From NCBI RefSeq assembly GCF_006345805.1, contig NC_042999.1, positions 18,972,001-19,036,000 on the forward strand: DNA of 64,000 nucleotides, written 5' to 3'. Both the position numbers and the translations under genes were made by a program. This document shows, piece by piece, positions 55,857 to 64,000 of this stretch. The number at the start of each line of letters is the position of its first letter. The stretch's first letter is position 1. The notes beneath the pieces were generated by a model, which saw only the letters and a list, made by a program, of their open reading frames with translations, did no database searches and was not told the origin of the DNA. The DNA is from Octopus sinensis. Taxonomy: Eukaryota.

Positions 55857-57511
55857 ATTTCTTCATTACCCACCAGGGGCTACGAAGAATGGCGGACATA
55901 ACAAAACATGGGGGACATAGAACAATATGATTTATGAGCAAATGAAAATGAAAAAAATGATAATATGAAAGCGATTCTAGCGGCCCCCTCCGCCAGCATC
56001 ACTTACCTGTCCTTTTGTTTTCACTGTCACCTGAATGTTCATTCCCAATACGAAGACCATCCATATCCATTCTTACTCCGAAACTGTCCTCCATATATTC
56101 CACGAATTCATCGCTCATTCTTGTATCTTTCACCTCCCAATTCTCCCTTTCACACCTCAACACAAACTCATCTATATTCTTCTTTTCCAGCACTGCATAT
56201 CTGGTCCCATCCATTTCATACCATTCATACTCCTCCATTACCCTTTCAACCTCTTTCTGTTCAGTCACAATATAAATGTTCGGCCTCGGTTCGTTTTCAA
56301 ACTCTTGTCTGTCTGTATTGTTATTTTTCTTTTGTTTTCTTGTTGGAGGGGAGCGGGTGGGTTCACTGTCTGCAGGGGAAGGGTGGATTCAGAGGGTGCG
56401 GGTGGTGTTGGGGTGGGTGGGGCTTCGCACAGTTTTTCTTTTTCTTTCTTTTTCTCTTTTTTCTTCCTTCTTCCCACTCTTGTTGCATCTCCTCTTCTTC
56501 TGTCGTTTCTTTTTCCCTTTGGTTCTCTTTGGTTTCTTCCTCTTTTGGGGCTTCCGCGACGATTTCCTTTTCTTTTTCCTTTAGTGGTGGAGGGCAGTAG
56601 GCTCTTATGTGACCCCTCATGCCACACTTGTAGCACCTGGGCGCCCTACCCTCCACCCACACTCTCATAATAATATTTCCAGTTTTTATACTGTCCGTAA
56701 GCTTTTCTATAACTTCCGCCTCCGTCTGTATGTTCATTACTAGTGTGGCACCTCTCACGCCTTCATAGTTCATAATTGCGTGGAGGATGTCCACTTTATC
56801 TTCATTTCCTTTGATAACCGCAGCCGTTATTAATTCGCCCTCTAGGTGTGGAGGTATTCCTTCCACCCTAATTCTGGTGGTCCTTCTATTCAAATACGAG
56901 GGGAACAAGTAAAACTTTTCTGTACTCACCACCTTGGCTGCTATATTCCTGGCTGCTTTCTCACTTTTAAATTGTACCGTTATGGTTCCATATTCTAATC
57001 CTTTTGTCATGTACACAATTTCTTCTCCTGTCCGTTTGAAAGCCTCTTCAATTGCTTCCATGTTAATCACTTCCATTTTTCTACCTCCATTCATAAATAC
57101 TTTATATTTAATGGTTCTACGATGGAACCAGTCTCCGCGCCCTGCTAGAGGCAACAGCTCAACCTCTCCGTTCTCCTCCTCCTTCATGAACTCCTGGAAG
57201 TCCGTCAACTTAGCCAGGTCTATCTCTTTTTCTGTTGACTTCTTCGTTATACCTGCATAGGTGCTTTCAATTTTTTTCACCGCCAACTCCTCCTCAGATG
57301 TCGACGAATTTTCAGAGAAATTTCTCCCTTCCATCTCATCCGTTTGGTAGAGGCGGCTCATAGTCGCCTCAGACCGAAAAACGGCCTCCCGAACAGAAAA
57401 CGTGCGACGCACAGAACCAGTGCGACGCGAAACCGCACCAACCGACGTTCCAATTCCGCAACCACAATTCACTTTTTGTTGTTTTTCTTTTTTAACCGAA
57501 TTTTACAGAGC
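55857..57511 (-). mobile_element. ORF1-only non-LTR-like element, unit B (1655 bp)
   Basis: 5' GCTCTGTAAAATTCGGTTAAAAAAG; 3' tail CCCCTGGTGGGTAATGAAGAAATA. Confidence 0.75.
55977..57361 (-). pseudogene. ORF1 (gag-like) CCHC protein, frameshifted
   Basis: VWVEGRAPRCYKCGMRGHIRAYC; C-terminal pieces in other frames end VSDAGGGGR*. Confidence 0.8.
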
Positions 57512-59175
57512 TATTTCTTTATTACCCACTAGGGGCCACGAAGAGGGGACATTACAAAACATGAGGGACATAAAACAATGCGGTTAAATTATGATTAAAT
57601 GAATGTTAAAAATGAAAAAATGATAACATGAAAGCAATGCTAACGGCCCCCTCCGCCAGCATCACTTACCTTTCCGTTTCCTATCACGATTCCAAAGTCT
57701 TTCACCTCACCTTTCATTTCTCTCTCAAACCTCTCTATCATATCATTTCTCATATATTCTGACAAACAATTTATACGTAGTTCATTGCACTTGCTCATCA
57801 AAGAGCCCATGAGTTCGAAATCGAATACCGCATAACTTCCGTCCTCATACTCCTGCCATACATTGTCTTCAAAAAGCCTTCTTGCATTCTCTGTATCTCC
57901 CTTCCTCACAACACACAAAAAGTAGGACTGGGGCTTTTGTATGTTTTTGTATGTCTGATTTCGTTTTTCTTGTAGGCGGGGTGGGTGGGATTGCTGTTTG
58001 CGGGGGCAGGATGGGTCTCCAAAGGTGTGGGTGGTGTTTGGGTAGGTTGGGGCTTCACACAGTTTTTCCTTTTCTTTCCTTTTCTCTTCTTTCTGACCTC
58101 TTCATACTCTTTTTGCGTCTCTTCCTCATCTGTCGTTTCCCTTTCCATCTGCTTCTCTTGATTTCTTCTTCTTTTGGGGCTTCCTCTTTGGAGTTTCCTC
58201 AACAATTTCCTTTTCTCCCGGTGGGGGAGGGCAGAAGGCTCTTATGTGGCCCCTCAGGCCACACTTGTAACAACGTGGAGCTCTGCCCTCCACCCACACT
58301 CTCATAATCACGTCTCCCAATTTAATGCTCTCCGCCAGGTCCGCCAGCACCTCACTCTCCGCCTGCACGTTCAGCTCCACTGTTACTCCTCTCCAGCCCT
58401 CGGTCCTGACCGAGGCATGGAGAATATCAACTTTCTCCTCGTGGCCGCTGATCACAGCCGCCACAATCCATTCAGCCTCCACGTTTGGTGGCACTCCCTC
58501 CACCCTTACTCGTGTAATCCTTCTATTCATGTACATAGGTAGGAGTGTTACCTTTTCTGACCTCACCGCCCTCACCGCCATCTTCCTCGCTGCAGTCTCA
58601 CTCTTAAAATGTACCACTACGGTACCGTACTTCGATCCTCGAGTCAAAAAAATGATTTCCTCCTCCGATTTTCTCAGGGCCTCCTCTATCCATTCCATTT
58701 TACGATCTCTATTTCTTTCTTTCGTTCAGGAACACCCTGTAAAGTATAGTCCTCTTATTGTACCATTCCTTTCTCTTTGGCGGTGGTTCCAGTTCTACCT
58801 CGCCGCTGTCCTTCCTCATATACCTCTGGAAACCTGGCAATTTTTCTAGGTTTATTTCATTTTCCTGTTTCGTCTTCTTTTTTGCAACTCCTGCGTACGT
58901 TTTCCTGTTTTCAGTCTCCACATTTTTTACCTCACCGATTTGCTCGTTTTCAGAGTTCGATGTCTCCGACAAGCTCTCAAATATCCATTCTTCCTCCGAC
59001 TCCTCCACAAGGAGTGGTCATCCATCTCCTCCCGCCTGACAGGCCAAAACGGCCGTCAAAACAGAAAAAGTGTAACGCGCAGAACCAGTGGAACGCGAAA
59101 CCGCTTTAACGCCGTTCAAAATTTCCACAACAACAACAATTCTTTTTGATCTTTTTTAACCGAATTTTACAGAGC
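57512..59175 (-). mobile_element. ORF1-only non-LTR-like element, unit C (1664 bp)
   Basis: Same 5' start and 3' tail CCCCTAGTGGGTAATAAAGAAATA. Confidence 0.75.
57640..59025 (-). pseudogene. ORF1 (gag-like) CCHC protein, frameshifted
   Basis: VWVEGRAPRCYKCGLRGHIRAFC; segments 58709-59008, 58126-58698, 57640-57918. Confidence 0.8.
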
Positions 59176-60624
59176 GCAAAAAAACGCGACCTTTTTTCTC
59201 TACATTGTATACTTTATAGACAATAGTCTTTTCTTTAATTTAGCTTTTTAATATCCATCTGGACTATTCTATTTCTGCACGCTAATTTTATTTTTAATTT
59301 ATTCCCATTCATGTGAAACCACTCATTCAAGTTCAAATCATTGATGCAATTTTATACCGATTGCTATTTTTACTTTTGTTATGTTACGATTATATTATAC
59401 TTTAGTTTGATTTTAATTATTACTTGCTACATATAATTCAATTGTTATTATTATTTTTATTGTTAAAGTGAAAGTATCTGACATAAAATAGAGAAACGTT
59501 TTTGTTTCACTTTTAACACTTAATACTGAAATAGTGGAGAAGATATGATATTGCTATGGGCTCGCTCTATGCAAGAAGCTGAACATTTCTTTTCCCCATG
59601 AAACTACATGGACCCTAAGGAAGGCATGTGTAAAATTTGAATGGAATTGGTTGTGTAGTTCTCAAGTTTTAGAGAATCGTAGTGGAGATATTGTTGTGGG
59701 CTCGCCCTAGGCAAAATGGTAAAAAAAGGTTTTTGCTGATGACACTCCCGGGACCTTAAGTAAGGCATGTGTAAAATTTTAATGAAATTGGTTGTGTAGT
59801 TCCCAAGTTTTAGGGAAACAGACAGACAGACAGACACACATTCTCAGTTTTATATATATAAAGATTATTTTTTTATTCAATGCAAACGCCACCATATATA
59901 ATTTTAGCTCATATGTTAATATTTTTTATCGTGATATCATAATATCTCAACCGCCAGGAATTAATGAAACAAATATTAACAATTCAAATAAAATATAAAT
60001 TTAGTTAGATTCTGCAAAATAAAATTAGAAACAATTTTCCCAGAGGGTACGGTTGTTTCTCTGTCATCAGCATCTATAGCAACTACAGCAAGGTATGTGA
60101 AAAAGAAAGATTTTTTTAATGTTGGAAGAAATGAGAACAGATGCGTTACAATCATCTAACTTCTATAATATTTTCTGAGAATCTTTAGTTATAAAGTGGA
60201 AAGTATGGTACATTGCAGTACATTACATGTAACTAACATCCTTGTTGTAAGAATGACACAGCGCCATAGTACTGAGGCACAAGTTCATACAACTAAATGC
60301 CATCTCGGTTTGAATTCTCGTTTTAAAAATTTTATCTTCTTTATTCACAGAAATACGAACAATAGTTATTAATAACATGTACACCAAAGATTCTCATAAG
60401 TTTTGACATAGTAAAGAGAAGCAAAATCATTGTTAGTATAGCAAAAGAATCAAATAAACCATATGGGGTATTTACATCTCAGTCTATGGTCTGAGGCGGA
60501 AACGAAACTTCTGATGAAATATTTCTTAGGAATCTTACACACACCAACATGAGGCCTCTCTTGTCTATATGAATATGACACATTTGTAACAACAGTTGTT
60601 GTGCCCGTAATATGTTCACTTCTT

Positions 60625-60995
60625 CAAGGCAGTGAGGTAGCAGAAACGTTAGCATGCCAGGCGAAATGCTTAGCAGTTTTTCGTCTGTCGATACGTTCTG
60701 AGTTCAAATTCCGCCGAGGTCGACCTTGCCTTTCATTCATTCGGGGTCGATTAAATAAGTACCAGTTACGTACTGGGGTCGATCTAATCGACTTAATCCA
60801 TTTGTCTGTCCTTTTTTGTACTCTGTGTGTAGCTCCTTGTAAAGAAATAAGAAACATTAGCAGTTCAAATTCCGCCGACGTCGACTTTGCCTTTCATCCT
60901 TTCGTGGCCGATGAATTAAGTACTGGTTGCGTACTGGGCTTGCTAAAATCGACTGGCCCATCCCCCAAAATGTCGGGTCTTGTGCCTTGAGTAGG
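60625..60995 (+). mobile_element. SINE (5587 family) plus adjacent partial copy
   Basis: GAGTTCAAATTCCGCCGAGGTCGAC B-box head and shared core. Confidence 0.75.
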
Positions 60996-62379
60996 AAAGA
61001 ATATGTTCACTTCTTTGTTTGAGTTTTGTATTAATATCTAACTGTGTATTACACAGTGTAAAAATATATTTACTTTTTTGTGTTTCCTTTATAGTAAAAG
61101 AGGTGTCCATATTCTTCAACTGTGACAGAGCTGTAATACATAACCTTTCGAAGTATATTCTACAGTCGTAAGTAGATGAAGTTGTCGTGGACATTTCTGA
61201 AATTTTAACCGAAGTGGTCTTACATGACTATTTTATCACGGGTACGTTTGATATACACAGACATGAGATCTTTTTTTGTTGGAAAACAACAGACATTATA
61301 TATTTGTGTAAAGCATCAGCGAATGTTGTTTTGGAGCCACTCAATGCACTTGAAATTATCCCCAGAGAAAATGTTTGCTCCTGCAAAAGAAATTACGTTA
61401 TAGTCATTAGAGCAGAGTTCACAAGTTGCGCGTGAAAATATACGAATATATAGACGACGGAGCTTTGGTTGTCTTGGCAATGAACAGTCAAACGTCAGTA
61501 CTCTATAAAGAATTGCTTACACATTTGGAGATATTCTTACAATTCACTGACTGTCTCTACTATACTAGATTAGATTTTATCTAACTGTATTTGATCATTT
61601 TATTAACTTTTATTAGTTTGTTCTTTCGAAATTTTACTGAATTCATCCAATATATTCGTTAAACTGATAATACTCAAAACTAAAATAGTAACTTTATATT
61701 TTATTTTACGTTTACATTTCTTAATTCTTTAACATTTTAGTTCTGCTTATCTTGATTTATTATCATTTTATTTAGCTTAACCAATTAAAATGTCAGTTGT
61801 GCTAAAATAATAGTTAGATTTTATGGGTTTTATGCAGGAATTATACGAAATAATTGTCGAATACTAAATGCTAAATATGCTTTTATATGGTTTCAGTAAA
61901 AACAGACAAGAGGAAATTAAAAGAGAATGAAATAAAAATATAAAAATATTGAATGATGAAATTAGTTCTAGACAGATGAGTTGATAAAAATTATAACAAT
62001 GTTTGGCAACGTATCATGATATCAAAAATACATTAAAAATGGCAACTTTCTGGTAGTTTAATAAGACATGCGGTTCCGTTTTCATACGTAAGCCAGCTGT
62101 GTCAATCTCCTCCCTTAACTGTGTCACCTTATTCAAGTAACAAGTACTTAAATTTATACGGTATATCTTGCAGGATGTTTACTTTTTTTATACTTCAAGT
62201 GATAAAATATTTTGTTAAATAAATTTCGTAGGAGGTGAGCAGGAGAATAAAGAAATTATTTGGAGGACAAGTATGCTTAATCTTGGAATCTGCTGTCAAT
62301 AAGTTTAACAAATCGTGAGTGAAAGGTAATCTGCTTTTGATCCGGATAACTGCAATAGAATCAACGCATTTAAAAGCAC

Positions 62380-62499
62380 ATAATGTATATATGACGTCAT
62401 TAATCATTTAGACACGCTAGCTTCTCCGCGAAAATATATACTCCAAGCCAAAGTATGTATAAATTGAGATTCAGTGTACGATTTTGAATATCAGTAAAA
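62380..62499. repeat. 120-bp inverted repeat, right copy
   Basis: Reverse complement of 53784-53903. Confidence 0.9.
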
Positions 62500-62789
62500 C
62501 TAGGTACCAGTTAAACTCTTCTACCATTTCAAGCCTATTTTGAAGAATGTACGAGCTAAATATACGTTCTATTTCTATCATTGTGTTTCCATATTATATT
62601 TTAAGTATTACACGTGCAGAGCAACGGCAAATGGCAAATTATTTATATGTTCTCAAAACCGTGTGGAGTTCTTGATATAATTAACACAGCTATCTTCTTG
62701 CTGAGTTGGCGGTCCACTTACTATTTCACAAAAAACAACTTCCTAGTACGAATGTAAGCTGTAATCAAAGATTCATCGTAAGCAATATA

Positions 62790-63196
62790 CTCTCTTTACT
62801 CTCTTTTACTTGTTTAAGTCATTTGACTGCGGCCATGCTGGAGCACCGCCTTTAATCGAGCAACTCGACCCCGGGACTTATTCTTTTGTAAGCACAGTAC
62901 TTATTCTATCGGTCTCTTTTGCCGAACCGCTAGGTACGGGGAAGCAAACACACCAGCATCGGTTGTCAAGCAATGCTAGGGGGACAAACACACTCACAAA
63001 AACACATACACGCATATACATATACATATATGCGACGGGCTTCTTTCAGTTTCCGTCTACCAAATCCACTCACAAGGCTTTGGTCGGCCCGAGGCTATAG
63101 TAGAAGGCACTTTCCCAAGGTGCCACGCAGTAGGACTGAACCCGGAACCATGTGGCTGGTAAACAAGCTACTTACCACACAGCGACTCCTGCGCCT
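62790..63196 (-). mobile_element. CORE-like SINE, full length
   Basis: Reverse-complement similarity to 32159. Confidence 0.9.
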
Positions 63197-63599
63197 ATAA
63201 TATAGGCATGATAACAAAAATTATAAATTATAATTTGGGCTTCTGTTTTCAGTGATGTATGAAGATTAAAGAATAAAATAAGACGGTAGTTGAGACATTA
63301 AAACGTTGGTTAATTCATATCATATGTCATGTGCTTTCTATGATAGTGGGAACAGCATCAGAAATAAGTTTTCACTTTCAGCATTTTCTTCAATTGTGAC
63401 TTTCTAGAACACAGGATAAGTTAAACAAGCACAATTAATTGTGCTCTTATACATGCAATTCTTGAAATACAATGATTATACTAAATCATAGAATATGATA
63501 TCAAACAGAAGCGCAATCCAACTGTAAGTGACAACAATATATTATAACGAATATCGCCGATATTTGAACATTAAACGTCCAAATTTCTATTGAACATTA

Positions 63600-63638
<39 letters not shown>

Positions 63639-63729
63639 TAGATAGATAGATAGATGGATAGATAGATAGACAAACAGATAGATAGACAGACAGACAGACA
63701 AATAGATAGATATGATATACAGATATATG

Positions 63730-63897
63730 CACCGGAGTGGCTGTGTGGTAAGTAGTTTGCTTAGCAATCACATGGTTCCGGGTTCAGTCCCACTGTGTGG
63801 CACCTTGGGCAAGTGTCTTTCACTATAGTCTCGGGCCGACCAAAACCTTGTGAGCGGATTTGGTAGTCGGAAACTGAAAGAAGCCTGTCATGTATAT

Positions 63898-63947
<50 letters not shown>

Positions 63948-64000
63948 CCGTGTGTGTGAGTGTTTTTGTGTCTGTGTTTGTCCCCATAACATCGCTTGAC
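63730..64000 (+). mobile_element. CORE-like SINE (runs off window)
   Basis: GGAGTGGCTGTGTGGTAAG..GGCACCTTGGGCAAGTG. Confidence 0.85.

Larger units (their letters stand above)
53341..59864 (-). mobile_element. Helitron-like termini bracketing the ORF1 array (one element or two fragments)
   Basis: 3' end CCCGG-CAATGA-CGGG..CTAG|T at 53341; 5' end A|TCTTTATATATATAAAA at 59864 followed by (CTGT)n. Confidence 0.55.

Noticed and set aside
54463-59149. Plus-strand F/S/L-rich ORFs overlapping the array
   Set aside because: Antisense shadows of purine-rich minus-strand coding sequence.

Overview
AT-rich, repeat-dense animal genomic DNA. The SINE families and (TA)n load resemble octopus/cephalopod genomes; this is an inference. 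No complete host gene is supportable, only one candidate 90-nt exon. Main content: (1) a full-length 6.1-kb Rep/helicase Helitron (39764-45904, minus) with both termini and a 23-aa-repeat N-terminus; (2) a head-to-tail array of three diverged RT-less elements (53946-59175, minus), each with one L1/Tx1-type ORF1 (CCHC knuckle) and a 3' tail nearly identical to a local SINE tail, lying between Helitron-like termini; (3) two large inverted repeats (835-1626, 33716-35527), each arm carrying a type I hammerhead ribozyme, consistent with Penelope-like pseudo-LTRs. The rest is about 20 tRNA-derived SINEs, fragments of LINEs, Gypsy and mariner, MITEs and microsatellites. All alignments were done by eye. 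The many frameshifts could partly be assembly indel errors.
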